Part shown: positions 1-14,877 of the stretch, one piece after another
How positions within the stretch are numbered: the first letter of the stretch is position 1
Layout: each line of letters begins with the position of its first letter
The notes under the pieces: model-generated
Databases searched by the model: none
The model's input: the letters and a program-made list of their open reading frames with translations, nothing else
Told to the model about the DNA's origin: nothing
NCBI GenBank assembly: GCA_963973975.1
Contig: CAXBCF010000017.1
Coordinates: forward strand, 559 to 64,558
DNA length: 64,000 nt
Direction: 5' to 3'
Source of the DNA: an uncultured Flavobacteriales bacterium
Lineage (GTDB): Bacteria; Bacteroidota; Bacteroidia; Flavobacteriales_E; Vicingaceae
Position numbers and translations under genes: made by a program

Positions 1-744
1 TTGGTTGAAATGGAAATTAGAGAATTGTTGAGTTTCTACGATTTTGACGGTGATAACACTCCAGTAATCGCAGGTTCAGCTTTAGGAGCATTGAACGGTG
101 AAGAAAAATGGGAAGAAACAGTAATGGCATTAATGAATGCTGTTGATGAATATATTCCAATTCCTCCACGTGATATCGATAAGCCATTCTTGATGCCAGT
201 TGAAGACGTGTTTACAATTACAGGTCGTGGTACAGTTGCTACAGGTAGAATCGAAACCGGAGTAATTAACACAGGAGACGAAGTTGAATTGAACGGTATG
301 GGTGCTGAAGGAAAGAAAACTACTGTAACAGGAGTTGAGATGTTCAGAAAAATCTTAGATAGAGGTGAAGCTGGAGATAACGTTGGTTTGTTATTAAGAG
401 GTGTTGAGAAGAAAGATATTTCTAGAGGAATGGTAATCGCTAAATCAGGTTCTATAACTCCTCACACGAAATTCAAAGCTGAGGTTTATATCTTGAAAAA
501 AGAAGAAGGTGGACGTCACACTCCATTTCAAAATAAATACCGTCCACAGTTCTACGTAAGAACTACAGATGTTACTGGTGAAATCTTCTTAGAAGAAGGT
601 AGAGAAATGGTAATGCCTGGAGATAACGTTACAATTACTGTTCACTTAATCAACAAAATTGCCCTTAACAAAGGATTGCAGTTTGCGATTAGAGAAGGTG
701 GAAGAACAGTTGGAGCAGGTCAGGTAACTGAGATTTTAGAATAA
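1..744 (+). CDS. tuf: Elongation factor Tu, C-terminal 247 codons (5' part lies upstream of the window)
   Basis: The frame is open from base 1. The translation carries EF-Tu domain II/III signatures ([46 protein letters not shown]). Stop is at 742-744. tRNA-Trp, secE and nusG follow, as in the conserved cluster. Confidence 0.97.
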   Translation: MVEMEIRELLSFYDFDGDNTPVIAGSALGALNGEEKWEETVMALMNAVDEYIPIPPRDIDKPFLMPVEDVFTITGRGTVATGRIETGVINTGDEVELNGMGAEGKKTTVTGVEMFRKILDRGEAGDNVGLLLRGVEKKDISRGMVIAKSGSITPHTKFKAEVYILKKEEGGRHTPFQNKYRPQFYVRTTDVTGEIFLEEGREMVMPGDNVTITVHLINKIALNKGLQFAIREGGRTVGAGQVTEILE

Positions 745-763
745 TTAAATAAATTATGTCTAG

Positions 764-798
764 AAAGGTGTCGCGAAATTTTCGTGACACCTTTTCTT
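764..798 (+). terminator. Intrinsic-terminator-like hairpin downstream of tuf
   Basis: 13-bp stem AAAGGTGTCGCGA / TCGTGACACCTTT (one G-U pair), 5-nt loop, running into TTTTCTT. Confidence 0.55.
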
Positions 799-811
799 GA
801 CTTTATAAATT

Positions 812-884
812 ACGGGTGTAGCTCAATTGGTAGAGTAGTGGTCTCCAAAACCATTGGCTGGGAGTTCGAGTCTCTCCACCCGTG
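812..884 (+). tRNA. tRNA-Trp (anticodon CCA)
   Basis: Cloverleaf folded by eye: acceptor ACGGGTG / CACCCGT, T arm GGGAG-TTCGAGT-CTCTC, anticodon loop CTCCAAA. It is 73 nt and the 3' CCA is not encoded. It sits in the canonical position between tuf and secE. Confidence 0.9.
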
Positions 885-904
885 CAGAGATAAATGATGA
901 AATT

Positions 905-1096
905 ATGTCGAAACTAAGAACATACATTGAAGAGTCTTCTGATGAGTTGCTCAATAAAGTGAGTTGGCCATCGTGGAATGAATTGCAAAGTAGTGGAATT
1001 GTTGTTATGATAGCTTCCATCATTATTTCTCTGATCATCTTTTTAATGGATTCAACATTCAGCAGATTGATGGAGTTTATTTACAGTATATTTTAA
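905..1096 (+). CDS. secE: Preprotein translocase subunit SecE
   Basis: 63-aa product MSKLRTYIEESSDELLNKVSWPSWNELQSSG followed by a single C-terminal TM helix, placed between tRNA-Trp and nusG. I chose the internal ATG at 905 because the longer ORF (854) overlaps the tRNA. Confidence 0.85.
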   Translation: MSKLRTYIEESSDELLNKVSWPSWNELQSSGIVVMIASIIISLIIFLMDSTFSRLMEFIYSIF

Positions 1097-1115
1097 GGAA
1101 TAGGGACTATTTAGA

Positions 1116-1664
1116 ATGAGCGATAATAAGAAATGGTATGTAGTCCGCGCGATAAGTGGGAAAGAGAAAAAGGTAAAATTATATCTAGAGGATGAAATTA
1201 ACCGATTGAAGCTGAATGATTATGTCAGTCAAATCTTAATTCCTACAGAGAAGATTTACCAAATTAGAAATGGGAAGAAGATGAGTAAGGAGAGAAGTTT
1301 TTTTCCTGGTTACATCTTAATTGAAGCTAATTTAACTGGAGAGATACCTCACTTAATTCAAAACACCAACAATGTAATTGGATTTTTAGGAGGAGAAAAG
1401 GGAGGAGATCCACTACCGTTGAGACAGTCAGAAGTGAATCGAATTTTAGGAAAAGTCGATGAGTTGGCTGAGACAGAAGAGGAATTAAATATTCCATACA
1501 TTATTGGAGAGTCTGTTAAAGTAATTGATGGACCATTTAATGGTTTCAATGGAACGATAGAAGAGATAAACGAAGAGAAGAAGAAATTAAAGGTAATGGT
1601 GAAGATTTTTGGAAGAAAGCAACCTTTAGAATTAAGTTTTTTACAAGTAGAAAAAGAATCATAA
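1116..1664 (+). CDS. nusG: Transcription termination/antitermination factor NusG
   Basis: NGN-domain start (KWYVVRAISGKEKKV) and KOW motif (GESVKVIDGPFNGFNGTIEEIN); conserved secE-nusG-rplK order. Confidence 0.95.
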   Translation: MSDNKKWYVVRAISGKEKKVKLYLEDEINRLKLNDYVSQILIPTEKIYQIRNGKKMSKERSFFPGYILIEANLTGEIPHLIQNTNNVIGFLGGEKGGDPLPLRQSEVNRILGKVDELAETEEELNIPYIIGESVKVIDGPFNGFNGTIEEINEEKKKLKVMVKIFGRKQPLELSFLQVEKES

Positions 1665-1680
1665 TTAATTAACACGAGAA

Positions 1681-2118
1681 ATGGCTAGAGAAGTAACCGG
1701 TATAATTAAATTGCAAATTAAAGGTGGAGCAGCAAACCCATCACCTCCAGTTGGTCCTGCACTCGGTGCGAAAGGAGTCAACATTATGGACTTTTGCAAG
1801 CAGTTTAATGGAAGAACTCAAGAGAAAGCGGGAAAGGTATTGCCGGTGGTTATTACAGTTTACGCTGATAAATCTTTTGATTTTGTAATTAAAACTCCTC
1901 CTGCTGCGGTTCAATTATTAGAAAAGGCGAAATTAAAGTCTGGATCTGCTGAGCCAAATAGAAAAAAAGTAGCTTCAGTTACTTGGGATCAGGTGAAAGA
2001 AATTGCAGAAGACAAAATGGAAGATTTAAATGCTTTCAAAGTTGAATCAGCAATGAGCATGGTTGCAGGAACTGCAAGAAGTATGGGAATAAATGTAAAA
2101 GGGCAAAAACCATTTTAA
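1681..2118 (+). CDS. rplK: 50S ribosomal protein L11
   Basis: [34 protein letters not shown] is the L11 N-terminal signature; synteny supports it. Confidence 0.97.
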   Translation: MAREVTGIIKLQIKGGAANPSPPVGPALGAKGVNIMDFCKQFNGRTQEKAGKVLPVVITVYADKSFDFVIKTPPAAVQLLEKAKLKSGSAEPNRKKVASVTWDQVKEIAEDKMEDLNAFKVESAMSMVAGTARSMGINVKGQKPF

Positions 2119-2138
2119 CGGTTGAAAAAAGAGATATT

Positions 2139-2837
2139 ATGGCAACATTAACAAAGAAACGCAAAGAGGCACTTGGCAAAATTGAAAAAGATCACCTTTA
2201 CAGCTTAAAAGAAGCTGCAAATTTGGTAAAAGAAGTGGCTACCACTAATTTTGATTCCTCTGTAGATATTAGCGTTAGATTAGGAGTTGATCCAAGAAAA
2301 GCGAATCAAATGGTTCGTGGAACTGTAAGCTTACCACATGGAATTGGTAAAGTAGTAAGAGTTTTGGCATTGGTTACTCCAGATAAAGAAGCAGAAGCTA
2401 AAGAAGCTGGTGCTGACTTCGTTGGATTAGACGAATACGTAGAGAAAATCAAAAATGGTTGGACTGATATCGATGTCATTGTTACCATGCCAAGTGTAAT
2501 GGGTAAAGTTGGAGCTTTAGGTCGTGTTTTAGGACCAAGAGGTTTGATGCCAAATCCAAAATCAGGAACAGTAACAATGGATGTTGCTAAAGCTGTTTCT
2601 GAAGTTAAAGCTGGTAAGATTGACTTTAAAGTTGACAAATACGGAATTATTCACACTTCTATTGGAAGAGCTTCTTTCGAAGCACAGCAAATTTCTGAAA
2701 ATGCTCGTGAAATGATTCAAACTATTGTGAAGTTAAAACCAACAGCTTCTAAAGGAATATACATTAAGAGTATCTGTATATCGGGAACAATGTCTCCAGG
2801 TATTCATGTTGATACCAAAAGATTTATTGAAGATTAA
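2139..2837 (+). CDS. rplA: 50S ribosomal protein L1
   Basis: L1-like sequence ([41 protein letters not shown]); synteny supports it. Confidence 0.97.
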   Translation: MATLTKKRKEALGKIEKDHLYSLKEAANLVKEVATTNFDSSVDISVRLGVDPRKANQMVRGTVSLPHGIGKVVRVLALVTPDKEAEAKEAGADFVGLDEYVEKIKNGWTDIDVIVTMPSVMGKVGALGRVLGPRGLMPNPKSGTVTMDVAKAVSEVKAGKIDFKVDKYGIIHTSIGRASFEAQQISENAREMIQTIVKLKPTASKGIYIKSICISGTMSPGIHVDTKRFIED

Positions 2838-2863
2838 TTATTCATCATTCTGGAAATAAGGAA

Positions 2864-3385
2864 ATGACACGAAAAGAAAAAGAAGAAATTATAAAAGATT
2901 TGTCAGCAAAGTTAAATGAAAACTCAATTTTTTATTTAGCTGATATTTCAAATCTTGATGCCGAAAGTTCAACCAACTTAAGAAGAATGGCTCATAAAAG
3001 AGAAGTCTCCTTAAATGTGGTGAAGAATACTTTGCTAAGAAAAGCTTTAGAAGCTGCTAATGGCAGTTATGATGAGCTTTACGAAGTATTAAAAGGCAAC
3101 ACCTCTATAATGTTTGCTGAAGTAGGAAATGCTCCTGCAAAACTTATCAAGGAGTTTAGAAAGAAAAGTGAAAGACCTATTTTAAAAGGAGCTTATATTG
3201 AAGAAGCGATTTATATCGGAGATGATAAAATAGAATCTCTTTCTGAACTTAAATCTAAAGAAGAATTAATTGCAGATATTATTGCAATACTTCAATCACC
3301 AGCTAAAAATGTTGTTTCTGCCCTTCAATCAGGTAAAAATACTATTGCAGGTTTGGTAAAAACACTTTCCGAAAGGGAAGCCTAA
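2864..3385 (+). CDS. rplJ: 50S ribosomal protein L10
   Basis: Size, position between rplA and rplL, and L10-like N-terminus (KEKEEIIKDLSAKLNENSIFYLADISNLDAE). Confidence 0.93.
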   Translation: MTRKEKEEIIKDLSAKLNENSIFYLADISNLDAESSTNLRRMAHKREVSLNVVKNTLLRKALEAANGSYDELYEVLKGNTSIMFAEVGNAPAKLIKEFRKKSERPILKGAYIEEAIYIGDDKIESLSELKSKEELIADIIAILQSPAKNVVSALQSGKNTIAGLVKTLSEREA

Positions 3386-3439
3386 ATTATGTACGCACTC
3401 TCAATTCATATAAATTTAAATAATAAAAATTAAAACAAA

Positions 3440-3817
3440 ATGGCGGATTTAAAAGCGCTTGCTGAAGAGTTAGTTAACTTAACAGTGAAAGATGTAAACG
3501 AATTAGCAGGAATCCTTAAAGACGAATATGGTATTGAACCAGCTGCTGCAGCTGTTGCTGTTGCAGGTCCTGCAGGTGGAAGTGGAGACGCTGCTGCTGA
3601 AGAAAAGTCTGAATTTGATGTAATTTTAACAGCTGCAGGTGGATCAAAACTTGCTGTAGTTAAATTGGTTAAAGAATTAACTGGTCTTGGTTTGAAAGAA
3701 GCTAAAGAATTAGTTGACGGTGCACCAAAACCTGTAAAGGAAGGTGTATCTAAGGAGGAAGCTGAATCACTAAAAACACAATTAGTAGAGGCAGGAGCGG
3801 AAGTTGAAGTTAAGTAA
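3440..3817 (+). CDS. rplL: 50S ribosomal protein L7/L12
   Basis: Ala/Gly-rich hinge plus C-terminal domain [40 protein letters not shown]. Confidence 0.97.
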   Translation: MADLKALAEELVNLTVKDVNELAGILKDEYGIEPAAAAVAVAGPAGGSGDAAAEEKSEFDVILTAAGGSKLAVVKLVKELTGLGLKEAKELVDGAPKPVKEGVSKEEAESLKTQLVEAGAEVEVK

Positions 3818-3839
3818 ATTTTCGCATCACTGATTTTTA

Positions 3840-3880
3840 GGTTTAGATTTCATTTGCCAGAGGCAGATGAAGTCTAAACC
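3840..3880 (+). terminator. Long hairpin between rplL and rpoB (attenuator-like)
   Basis: ~19-bp stem GGTTTAGATTTCATTTGCC / GGCAGATGAAGTCTAAACC (two G-U pairs), 3-nt loop, then a pyrimidine-rich CTTTCTTGTTT. This is the position of the known partial terminator between rplL and rpoB in E. coli. Confidence 0.5.
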
Positions 3881-3922
3881 CTTTCTTGTTTATATCTGAG
3901 TATTAACTAATCACTTCTTGAG

Positions 3923-6900
3923 ATGGCTAACGTAACGTTAACAAAAAAGCAAAACCGTATCAATTTTGCATCTATTAAAAATAAACTGGACTATCCTGAT
4001 TTTCTCGATATTCAACTTAAATCGTTCAAAGACTTTTTCCAGTTAGATACTTCTCCTGAATTTCGTGACACTGAAGGGTTATACAGTGTTTTCAGTGAAA
4101 ACTTTCCAATCACGGATGCCAGAAACCAATTTGTACTCGAATTCTTGGATTACTTTGTTGATCCTCCACGATACAGCATCGATGAGTGCATTGATCGCGG
4201 ATTAACTTATAGTGTGCCTCTTAAAGCAAAACTAAAGTTATACTGTACTGATCCTGAGCACGAAGATTTTGAAACCATCGTTCAAGATGTTTATTTGGGA
4301 ACTATTCCCTACATGACTCCTAAAGGAACTTTCCTAATCAATGGAGCTGAGCGTGTAATTGTTTCTCAATTACACCGTTCTCCTGGAGTATTCTTTGGTC
4401 AGTCAAGACATGCAAATGGTACAAAACTTTACTCTGCAAGAGTAATTCCATTTAAAGGATCATGGATTGAGTTTGCGACAGACATTAACAATGTGATGTA
4501 TGCTTACATCGATCGTAAAAAGAAATTACCCGTAACTACACTTCTTAGAGCAATCGGATTTGAGTTCGATAAAGACATTCTCGATATCTTCGAATTAGCT
4601 GATGAAGTTAAAGTTAGCAAAGCTGGATTAAAAAGAGTGCTTGGAAGAAAGTTAGCTGCTAGAGTTTTGAGAACTTGGGTGGAAGACTTTGTGGATGAAG
4701 ATACTGGTGAAGTTGTTTCTATTGAAAGAAATGAAGTAGTCATTGACCGTGAAACTGTTTTAGAAAAAGAGCATCTTGATCCAATTCTTGATTCAGGTAC
4801 TAAAACTATTATTCTTCATAAAGAAGATGTAAACTCAGCTGACTTTGCAATTATTTACAATACCTTGCAAAAAGATCCTTCAAACTCTGAGAAGGAAGCA
4901 GTAGAGCACATCTACCGTCAATTGAGAAACTCTGAGCCACCAGATGAAGAAACTGCTAGAGGTGTAATCGATAAATTATTTTTCTCTGAAACAAGGTATG
5001 ACCTTGGTGAAGTAGGAAGGTATAGAATCAATAAGAAACTTAACTTGTCGATTGACGATAATACTAAGATTCTTACAAGAGAAGACATTATCTCAATTAT
5101 CAAATACCTTATTGAGTTGATTAACTCAAAAGCAGATGTTGATGATATTGATCACTTAAGTAATAGAAGAGTTAGAACGGTTGGAGAGCAATTGTACAAC
5201 CAGTTTGGTGTTGGTTTAGCTAGAATGGCTAGAACAATTCGCGAACGAATGAATGTGAGAGATAACGAGGTGTTTACACCTGCGGATTTAATTAACGCTA
5301 AAACGCTTTCAGCTGTTATCAATTCCTTCTTTGGAACGAATCAGCTTTCTCAATTCATGGATCAAACGAATCCTTTATCAGAAGTAACTCACAAGAGAAG
5401 ACTTTCAGCACTAGGACCAGGTGGTTTATCGAGAGAAAGAGCAGGTTTTGAGGTGCGTGATGTTCACTACACTCACTACGGAAGACTTTGTCCGATTGAA
5501 ACACCTGAGGGACCAAACATTGGTTTGATTTCTTCGCTTTGTGTTTATGCAAAAGTAAATAGACTTGGATTCATCGAAACTCCTTACCGTAAAGTAGAAA
5601 ACGGTCAAGTAGGTTTTACAAATGATAAAGTAATTTACTTAAGTGCTGAAGAAGAAGACAAGCAAACGATCGCTCAAGCGAATGCAATTGTTGCTGAAGA
5701 TGGTAAGTTTGAATCTGAATTGATTAAAGCACGTTACGAAGGTGATTTCCCAATGGCTTCGCCAGATCAATTAACTTTGATGGATGTTGCGCCTAACCAA
5801 ATTGCTTCGATTGCCGCGTCGTTAATTCCATTTTTGGAACATGATGATGCTAACCGTGCTTTGATGGGATCTAACATGCAGCGCCAAGCAGTGCCACTTT
5901 TGAAACCTGACTCTCCAATTGTTGGAACAGGTCTTGAAAAACAAGTGGCTATTGACTCAAGAGTATTGATCAATGCCGAAGGAAATGGTGTTGTTGAATA
6001 TGTTGATGCCACTAAAATTATTGTAACTTATGATCGATCTGAGGAAGAAGAATTAGTTTCTTTTACCGAATCGACTAAGACTTATAAATTAATCAAATAC
6101 AAAAAAACAAACCAAGGAACTACCATTAACCTTAACCCAATTGTTTTAAAAGGCGAGAAGGTGTTGAAAGGTCAGGTGCTTTGTGAAGGTTATGCGACTG
6201 AAAATGGTGAGTTAGCTTTAGGAAGAAACTTAAAGGTAGCGTTTATGCCGTGGAAAGGGTATAACTTCGAGGATGCGATTGTAATTTCTGAAAAAGTTGT
6301 TTCTGAAGATTTATTTACTTCAGTTCACGTTGATGAGTTTTCACTTGAAGTAAGAGACACTAAGCGTGGTATTGAAGAATTGACAGCGGACATTCCAAAT
6401 GTTAGTGAAGAAGCTACAGCCAACTTAGATGAAAATGGATTGATTCGAATTGGTGCTAAAGTTCAAGAAGGAGATATTTTAATTGGAAAAATTACTCCAA
6501 AAGGAGAATCTGATCCAACTCCTGAAGAAAAATTACTTAGAGCAATTTTTGGAGACAAAGCAGGAGATGTAAAAGACGCTTCATTAAAAGTTCCACCATC
6601 AACTAAAGGTGTTGTTGTAGATAAGAAATTGTTTGAAAGAGCAGTAAAAGACAGAAAGTCTAGAGCTGATGAGAAGAACATTATCGCTAAGTTGGATGAG
6701 GAAGAACGCAAAGAATTAGCTCAACTTAAAGAAAGATTAGTTGAGAAACTTTATACAGTAGTAAACGGAAAAACCGCACAAGGGATTACAAATTACTATG
6801 GTGAAGAGATTATTCCGAAAGGAACGAAATTCACTCAAAAAATTCTTCAGAGAATTGATGACTTTGCTTTCATTGACTTTAAAAACTGGACAACTTCAGA

Positions 6901-7768
6901 TGAGTTGAACCAAGTGATTAAAACCATGTTGCACAACCATAACATGAAAGCTACTGAAGTTCAAGGAAACTACAAGCGCAAGAAATATGCGTTGACAGTA
7001 GGAGATGAGCTTCCAACAGGAATCATGAAGTTGGCTAAAGTTTATTTAGCGAAAAAGAGAAAGTTGAAAGTTGGAGATAAAATGGCGGGTCGTCACGGAA
7101 ACAAAGGTATTGTTGCTAAGATTGTACGTCCTGAAGATATGCCATTCTTAGAAGATGGAACTCCGGTAGACATCGTATTAAATCCACTAGGTGTACCATC
7201 GCGTATGAACTTAGGACAGATTTATGAGACCGTACTTGGTTGGGCAGGACAAAAATTAGGTTTAAAGTTTGCGACTCCAATTTTTGATGGAGCAAGCTTA
7301 GATCAGATTGATGAATATACCAGACAAGCAGACTTACCAATTTCAGGAAGAACTTTCTTGAGAGATGGTGGTACAGGTGAATACTTTGATCAACCTGCAA
7401 CAGTTGGGGTGATTTATATGTTGAAACTTGGACACATGGTTGACGATAAAATGCACGCAAGGTCAATTGGACCATACTCTTTAATCACACAACAACCTTT
7501 GGGTGGTAAAGCTCAATTCGGTGGACAGCGTTTTGGAGAGATGGAAGTATGGGCATTGGAAGCATTTGGAGCTGCCAACATATTGCAAGAAATCTTGACA
7601 ATTAAATCAGATGACGTAAATGGTAGAGCGAAAGCTTATGAAGCCATCGTAAAAGGTGAACCAATGCCAGTTCCGGGAATTCCAGAATCATTCAACGTAT
7701 TGTTGCATGAATTGAGAGGTTTATGCTTGAACATCACCTTGTCGGATGAACCCAAAGTAATTGTTTAG
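3923..7768 (+). CDS. rpoB: DNA-directed RNA polymerase beta subunit
   Basis: 1281 aa with conserved beta-subunit blocks ([38 protein letters not shown]). Confidence 0.99.
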   Translation: MANVTLTKKQNRINFASIKNKLDYPDFLDIQLKSFKDFFQLDTSPEFRDTEGLYSVFSENFPITDARNQFVLEFLDYFVDPPRYSIDECIDRGLTYSVPLKAKLKLYCTDPEHEDFETIVQDVYLGTIPYMTPKGTFLINGAERVIVSQLHRSPGVFFGQSRHANGTKLYSARVIPFKGSWIEFATDINNVMYAYIDRKKKLPVTTLLRAIGFEFDKDILDIFELADEVKVSKAGLKRVLGRKLAARVLRTWVEDFVDEDTGEVVSIERNEVVIDRETVLEKEHLDPILDSGTKTIILHKEDVNSADFAIIYNTLQKDPSNSEKEAVEHIYRQLRNSEPPDEETARGVIDKLFFSETRYDLGEVGRYRINKKLNLSIDDNTKILTREDIISIIKYLIELINSKADVDDIDHLSNRRVRTVGEQLYNQFGVGLARMARTIRERMNVRDNEVFTPADLINAKTLSAVINSFFGTNQLSQFMDQTNPLSEVTHKRRLSALGPGGLSRERAGFEVRDVHYTHYGRLCPIETPEGPNIGLISSLCVYAKVNRLGFIETPYRKVENGQVGFTNDKVIYLSAEEEDKQTIAQANAIVAEDGKFESELIKARYEGDFPMASPDQLTLMDVAPNQIASIAASLIPFLEHDDANRALMGSNMQRQAVPLLKPDSPIVGTGLEKQVAIDSRVLINAEGNGVVEYVDATKIIVTYDRSEEEELVSFTESTKTYKLIKYKKTNQGTTINLNPIVLKGEKVLKGQVLCEGYATENGELALGRNLKVAFMPWKGYNFEDAIVISEKVVSEDLFTSVHVDEFSLEVRDTKRGIEELTADIPNVSEEATANLDENGLIRIGAKVQEGDILIGKITPKGESDPTPEEKLLRAIFGDKAGDVKDASLKVPPSTKGVVVDKKLFERAVKDRKSRADEKNIIAKLDEEERKELAQLKERLVEKLYTVVNGKTAQGITNYYGEEIIPKGTKFTQKILQRIDDFAFIDFKNWTTSDELNQVIKTMLHNHNMKATEVQGNYKRKKYALTVGDELPTGIMKLAKVYLAKKRKLKVGDKMAGRHGNKGIVAKIVRPEDMPFLEDGTPVDIVLNPLGVPSRMNLGQIYETVLGWAGQKLGLKFATPIFDGASLDQIDEYTRQADLPISGRTFLRDGGTGEYFDQPATVGVIYMLKLGHMVDDKMHARSIGPYSLITQQPLGGKAQFGGQRFGEMEVWALEAFGAANILQEILTIKSDDVNGRAKAYEAIVKGEPMPVPGIPESFNVLLHELRGLCLNITLSDEPKVIV

Positions 7769-7805
7769 ATCAAAGAACTTAGATTATTAATTTAATAATA
7801 GAATT

Positions 7806-10800
7806 ATGGCTTTTCGAAGAGAAAACAAAGAGACAGATAGATTTTCAAAAATTACTATTAGTCTCGCATCACCTGAGTTGATATTAGAAAAATCTCATGG
7901 TGAAGTATTAAAGCCTGAAACAATTAACTACAGAACTTATAAACCAGAAAGAGATGGTTTGTTTTGTGAGCGAATTTTCGGGCCTGTAAAAGATTACGAA
8001 TGCCACTGTGGTAAGTACAAAAGAATTAGATATAAGGGCATTGTTTGCGACAGATGTGGTGTAGAAGTTACAGAGAAGAAAGTTCGAAGAGAGCGAATGG
8101 GCCACATTTCATTGGTTGTTCCAGTTGCACATATCTGGTACTTTAAGTCTTTACCAAATAAAATTGGTTACTTATTGGGCTTACCAACGAAAAAATTGGA
8201 CGCCATTATCTATTATGAGCGCTATGCGGTTGTTCAAGGTGGAGAAGCTAAAAATGCTGAAGGAGAACCATTGCAGTACCTCGACTTTTTAACAGAAGAA
8301 GAGTACCTAGATGTATTGGATTCACTTCCAAAAGAGAATGCTTATTTAGACGATTCAGATCCGAATAAATTCATCGCCAAAATGGGTGCTGATGCTTTAT
8401 TTGAATTATTGAAACGCTTAGATTTAGATGCACTTTCTTATGATTTGCGTCACAAAGCGGGAACTGAAACTTCACAACAAAGAAAGAATGAAGCCTTGAA
8501 AAGACTTCAAGTTGTGGAAGCATTTAGACAAGCAAATGAACACATCGAAAATCGTCCGGAATGGATGATTGTGAAAGTTGTACCAGTTATTCCACCGGAA
8601 TTGAGACCATTGGTGCCATTAGATGGAGGTAGATTTGCAACTTCCGACTTAAATGACCTTTATAGAAGAGTAATTATCCGTAACAATCGTTTGAAGCGTT
8701 TAATGGAAATTAAAGCTCCTGAGGTAATTTTGAGAAACGAAAAAAGAATGCTTCAAGAAGCAGTTGATTCTTTGTTCGACAACTCTAGAAAATCATCTGC
8801 TGTTAAAACTGATTCTAACAGAGCTTTAAAATCACTTAGTGATAGTTTGAAAGGAAAGTCAGGTCGTTTCCGTCAAAACCTTTTAGGGAAAAGGGTAGAT
8901 TATTCTGCTCGTTCTGTAATTGTTGTTGGACCAGATTTAAAATTACACGAATGTGGTTTACCAAAAGACATGGCTGCAGAGCTTTACAAGCCTTTTATTA
9001 TTCGTAAGTTAATCGAAAGAGGCATTGTAAAAACAGTAAAATCTGCTAAGAAAATTGTAGATAAGAAAGAGCCAGTTGTTTGGGATATTTTAGAAAATGT
9101 ATTGAAAGGACACCCTGTTTTATTGAACAGAGCTCCAACACTTCACAGACTTGGGATTCAGGCTTTCCAACCAAAATTAATTGAAGGAAAAGCAATTCGT
9201 TTACATCCACTAGCTTGTACTGCGTTTAACGCGGATTTTGATGGGGATCAGATGGCTGTGCATTTACCTTTAGGAAATGCTGCAATATTAGAGGCTCAAC
9301 TATTAATGTTGGCTTCTCACAACATCTTAAACCCTGCAAATGGTTCGCCAATTGCGGTTCCTTCTCAGGATATGGTACTTGGATTATATTACTTAACCAA
9401 GGAAAGAGTTACTGATGATTCTCGAGTGATGAAAGGTCAGGATAAAGTATTTTACTCTCCTGAAGAGGTTGTAATTGCAAGAAACGAAGGAAGACTAGAT
9501 TTACATGCTAGAATTAAAGTAAGAATTACTAGAGCAGGGAAATCTGAAATCATGGAAACTACTTGTGGTCGTGTTATTTTCAATGAAGTGGTGCCGGAAG
9601 AAGTTCCTTACATTAACCAATTGTTGACTAAAAAATCTCTTAGAGATATTATTGGCGACATCTTGAAAAAAGCCGGTACAGCAAAAACGGCTGCCTTCAT
9701 GGATGAAATTAAGACATTGGGATATAACATGTCTTACAAAGGTGGATTATCATTTAATCTTCAGGATGTTATTGTTCCTGATGTGAAGGAAGAAATGATG
9801 AACAAAGCTGCTCAGCAAGTAAAAGAAGTTTGGGATAACTACAACATGGGTTTCATTACTAATAATGAGCGTTATAACCAGATTATTGATATTTGGACAC
9901 ACACAAATACCCGTTTGACTAATACAGTAATGTCGCGTTTACAGAATGATAATCAAGGTTTTAACTCTGTTTACATGATGTTCGATTCAGGTGCACGTGG
10001 ATCTAAAGAGCAAATTAGACAGCTTTCAGGAATGAGAGGTTTGATGGCTAAGCCACAGAAATCTGGATCGTCTGGACAAGAAATTATTGAAAACCCAATT
10101 CTTTCTAACTTTAAAGAAGGTCTTTCAATTCTTGAGTACTTTATTTCTACTCACGGTGCTCGTAAAGGTTTAGCCGATACGGCTTTGAAAACTGCAGATG
10201 CGGGTTACTTAACAAGAAGATTAGTTGACGTTTCACAAGATGTTGTTATTTCAGCTGAAGATTGTGGTACCTTAAGAGGTGTTACCATTGCAGCATTAAT
10301 GAAAAACGATGAAGAAGTTGAATCATTATACGATCGTATTTTAGGTAGAACTACAGTTCACGATGTTTATCATCCACAAACTGGTGATTTAATTATCGCG
10401 TCAGGAGAAGAAGTTACTGAAGAGGTTGCGAAAATTATTGAGGAGTCTCCAATCGATGAATTGGAAATGAGATCTGTACTTTCTTGTGAATTGAAAAGAG
10501 GAGTTTGCGCTAAATGTTACGGAAGAAGTTTGGCAACAGGAAGAATGACTCAAAAAGGTGAGGCGGTAGGAGTTATTGCTGCACAATCCATTGGTGAGCC
10601 AGGTACACAGTTGACATTAAGAACTTTCCACGTTGGGGGTACGGCTTCTAAAATTGCCGATGAATCAAGAGTTGAGTCTAAATACGATGGTATTCTTGAA
10701 ATCGATGAGTTAAGAACTGTTGAAGGAGAAGACAGAGATGGCAACAAAATTAACATTGTTGTTGGTCGTTCTGCTGAAGGTAGAATCATTGATGAGAAAA

Positions 10801-12113
10801 CAGGAATTGTATTGACAACTAATGTTATTCCTTACGGTTCTGTTTTAGTTCAAGAAAATGGATCAAAAGTTAAAAAAGGAGACTTGATTTGTTCATGGGA
10901 TCCATACAACGCATTGATAATTGCAGAAACAGCTGGTACCGTTCAATTTGAAAACTTAGTTGATGGCGTTACTTACAAAGAAGAATCTGATGAGCAAACT
11001 GGTTTTACCGAGATTGTTATCACTGAGTCTAGAGATAAGAAATTAATTCCTGAAATAAAATTAATCAACACTAAGAAAGAAGTTGTTAAAACTTACAACT
11101 TACCTGTTGGTGCTCACATTGTGGTAAAAGAAGGTGAGAAAATTGTAAGTGGTAGAACGCTTGTTAAGATTCCTAGAACTTCTGGGAAATCTGGTGATAT
11201 CACCGGTGGTTTACCTCGAGTAACTGAGTTATTTGAAGCAAGAAATCCTTCTAACCCTGCAGTAGTATCTGAAATCGATGGAATTGTTTCTTTTGGAAAA
11301 ATTAAAAGAGGTAATCGTGAGGTTGTTGTTGAATCAAGAACTGGTGAGGTTAAGAAATACTTGATTAATTTATCGAAACACATCCTCGTTCAAGAAAATG
11401 ATTTTGTTAGAGCAGGTGTGCCATTGTCTGATGGAGCAATTACTCCAGCTGATATTTTAGCAATTAAAGGACCAACTCAAGTACAAGAATACATTGTAAA
11501 TGAAGTACAAGAGGTTTACCGTTTGCAAGGTGTGAAAATTAACGACAAGCATTTTGAAGTAATTGTTAGACAGATGATGCGTAAGGTTGTTATTGAAGAT
11601 CCAGGTGATACGCGTTTTCTTGAAAAACAAATCGTTAACAAAACTGATTTTGCTGATGAAAATGATTGGATTTTCGGAAAGAAAATTGTCATCGATGCAG
11701 GAGAATCAGAAGAATTGAAACAAGGTCAGATAATTACTCCTAGAAGATTGAGAGAGGAAAACTCTAAATTGAAACGACAAGATAAAAAACTAGTTGAATC
11801 TAGAGATGCTATTTCTTCTACTTCTAATTCAATTTTACAAGGAATTACCAGAGCTTCGTTACAAACAGATAGCTTTATTTCTGCAGCTTCCTTCCAAGAA
11901 ACTACAAAAGTATTGAATGAGGCAGCAGTTAATGGCAAGCAAGATACCTTGGAAGGCTTGAAAGAAAACGTAATTGTAGGACATTTAATTCCTGCAGGAA
12001 CAGGTTTGAAAGAGTACAGCGAAATAATTGTTGGTTCTAAAGCTGAATACGAAAAACTTAAGAATAAAGAAGAGGAAGAGTATTCTGCTGAAGAAATTGA
12101 ATCAGAAATTTAA
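7806..12113 (+). CDS. rpoC: DNA-directed RNA polymerase beta' subunit
   Basis: 1435 aa with the N-terminal zinc-binding Cys cluster ([20 protein letters not shown]) and the catalytic [12 protein letters not shown] motif. Confidence 0.99.
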   Translation: MAFRRENKETDRFSKITISLASPELILEKSHGEVLKPETINYRTYKPERDGLFCERIFGPVKDYECHCGKYKRIRYKGIVCDRCGVEVTEKKVRRERMGHISLVVPVAHIWYFKSLPNKIGYLLGLPTKKLDAIIYYERYAVVQGGEAKNAEGEPLQYLDFLTEEEYLDVLDSLPKENAYLDDSDPNKFIAKMGADALFELLKRLDLDALSYDLRHKAGTETSQQRKNEALKRLQVVEAFRQANEHIENRPEWMIVKVVPVIPPELRPLVPLDGGRFATSDLNDLYRRVIIRNNRLKRLMEIKAPEVILRNEKRMLQEAVDSLFDNSRKSSAVKTDSNRALKSLSDSLKGKSGRFRQNLLGKRVDYSARSVIVVGPDLKLHECGLPKDMAAELYKPFIIRKLIERGIVKTVKSAKKIVDKKEPVVWDILENVLKGHPVLLNRAPTLHRLGIQAFQPKLIEGKAIRLHPLACTAFNADFDGDQMAVHLPLGNAAILEAQLLMLASHNILNPANGSPIAVPSQDMVLGLYYLTKERVTDDSRVMKGQDKVFYSPEEVVIARNEGRLDLHARIKVRITRAGKSEIMETTCGRVIFNEVVPEEVPYINQLLTKKSLRDIIGDILKKAGTAKTAAFMDEIKTLGYNMSYKGGLSFNLQDVIVPDVKEEMMNKAAQQVKEVWDNYNMGFITNNERYNQIIDIWTHTNTRLTNTVMSRLQNDNQGFNSVYMMFDSGARGSKEQIRQLSGMRGLMAKPQKSGSSGQEIIENPILSNFKEGLSILEYFISTHGARKGLADTALKTADAGYLTRRLVDVSQDVVISAEDCGTLRGVTIAALMKNDEEVESLYDRILGRTTVHDVYHPQTGDLIIASGEEVTEEVAKIIEESPIDELEMRSVLSCELKRGVCAKCYGRSLATGRMTQKGEAVGVIAAQSIGEPGTQLTLRTFHVGGTASKIADESRVESKYDGILEIDELRTVEGEDRDGNKINIVVGRSAEGRIIDEKTGIVLTTNVIPYGSVLVQENGSKVKKGDLICSWDPYNALIIAETAGTVQFENLVDGVTYKEESDEQTGFTEIVITESRDKKLIPEIKLINTKKEVVKTYNLPVGAHIVVKEGEKIVSGRTLVKIPRTSGKSGDITGGLPRVTELFEARNPSNPAVVSEIDGIVSFGKIKRGNREVVVESRTGEVKKYLINLSKHILVQENDFVRAGVPLSDGAITPADILAIKGPTQVQEYIVNEVQEVYRLQGVKINDKHFEVIVRQMMRKVVIEDPGDTRFLEKQIVNKTDFADENDWIFGKKIVIDAGESEELKQGQIITPRRLREENSKLKRQDKKLVESRDAISSTSNSILQGITRASLQTDSFISAASFQETTKVLNEAAVNGKQDTLEGLKENVIVGHLIPAGTGLKEYSEIIVGSKAEYEKLKNKEEEEYSAEEIESEI

Positions 12114-12119
12114 GGAACT

Positions 12120-12449
12120 ATGAGCGACGAGAATAAACCAAAAAAAGAACAAGAAGAAGGAAAACTGAACATTGAGTTGAGTGAAGAGATTGCAGAAGGT
12201 ATTTATTCCAACTTAGCCATTATCAGTCATTCAAATTCTGAATTTGTTTTTGATTTTATCAAAGTAATGCCTGGCTTACCTAAAGCAAAAGTAAAGTCGA
12301 GAGTTATGATGACTCCACAACATGCTAAAAGGTTGGTGAAAGCATTGCAAGAAAATTTGGCAAAATTTGAATCGCAATTTGGACCTATTCAACATGCTGA
12401 ACAACCTCAATTTCCAATGAATTTTGGAGGACCCAAGGGAGAAGCATAG
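12120..12449 (+). CDS. Small conserved protein (DUF3467-like) immediately after rpoC
   Basis: 109-aa ORF 6 nt after the rpoC stop. The sequence pattern (YSNLAIISHSNSEFVFDFI...PQHAKRLVKAL) matches my recollection of the DUF3467 family, which commonly follows rpoC in Bacteroidota. Confidence 0.8.
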   Translation: MSDENKPKKEQEEGKLNIELSEEIAEGIYSNLAIISHSNSEFVFDFIKVMPGLPKAKVKSRVMMTPQHAKRLVKALQENLAKFESQFGPIQHAEQPQFPMNFGGPKGEA

Positions 12450-12465
12450 TTAAAAAACAACAAAT

Positions 12466-12503
12466 AAAAAAAGCCGTTTTGAGAAATTAAGACGGCTTTT
12501 TTT
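12466..12503 (+). terminator. Intrinsic terminator ending the rpoBC transcription unit
   Basis: AAAAAAAGCCGT ... ACGGCTTTTTTT: 12-bp stem with a 7-T tail, 17 nt after the stop of the DUF3467-like gene. Confidence 0.8.
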
Positions 12504-12599
12504 GTTAATGATTTTTCAGCTTTTCAATGGAATTTGTCGCAATGTTTTTTAAATTTGAGGGACTGTCAAAATTTATCAATTAACCTTTAATAGTTATAA

Positions 12600-14774
<2,175 letters not shown>

Positions 14775-14786
14775 CCCTAACCGTAT

Positions 14787-14866
14787 CAAATTACCTCCAT
14801 AGCCCTCGGTTTAAACCGAGGGCTATGGAGATACGAGGCGAAAACCAAACCGTTTCAACGGTTTGG
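14787..14866 (+). repeat. Double-hairpin REP-like repeat, copy A
   Basis: Perfect 36-nt palindrome CTCCATAGCCCTCGGTTTAAACCGAGGGCTATGGAG (14795-14830), then ATACGAGGCGAAAA, then hairpin CCAAACCG-TTTCAA-CGGTTTGG. It is near-identical to 22716-22801. Confidence 0.9.
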
Positions 14867-14877
14867 TATTATTTTCC

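Noticed and set aside
854-904. Longer secE ORF starting at 854.
   Set aside because: The extra 17 codons overlap the 3' half of tRNA-Trp (812-884). The internal ATG at 905 gives a normal-length SecE.
7116-7475. 119-aa antisense ORF inside rpoB. The same applies to the other listed minus- or plus-strand ORFs nested in large genes, such as 2306-2638, 13286-13546, 13425-13697, 16401-16739, 43362-43649 and 51085-51426.
   Set aside because: Each lies fully inside a gene with unmistakable conserved motifs on the other strand. The products are low-complexity or Ser/Leu-rich shadow translations with no recognisable motifs.
12533-12557. TAAATTTG (12550-12557) as the -7 box of a katG promoter.
   Set aside because: It matches TAnnTTTG, but the only upstream TTG (12534-12536) is 13 nt away, far from the expected ~19-nt spacer. 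I did not list it as a feature.
14791-14794. TTAC immediately 5' of the copy-A palindrome as an IS608-like target or cleavage tetranucleotide.
   Set aside because: Copy B has TTAT at the equivalent place, and the geometry relative to the hairpin differs from that of characterised IS200/IS605 elements. This is too little evidence.
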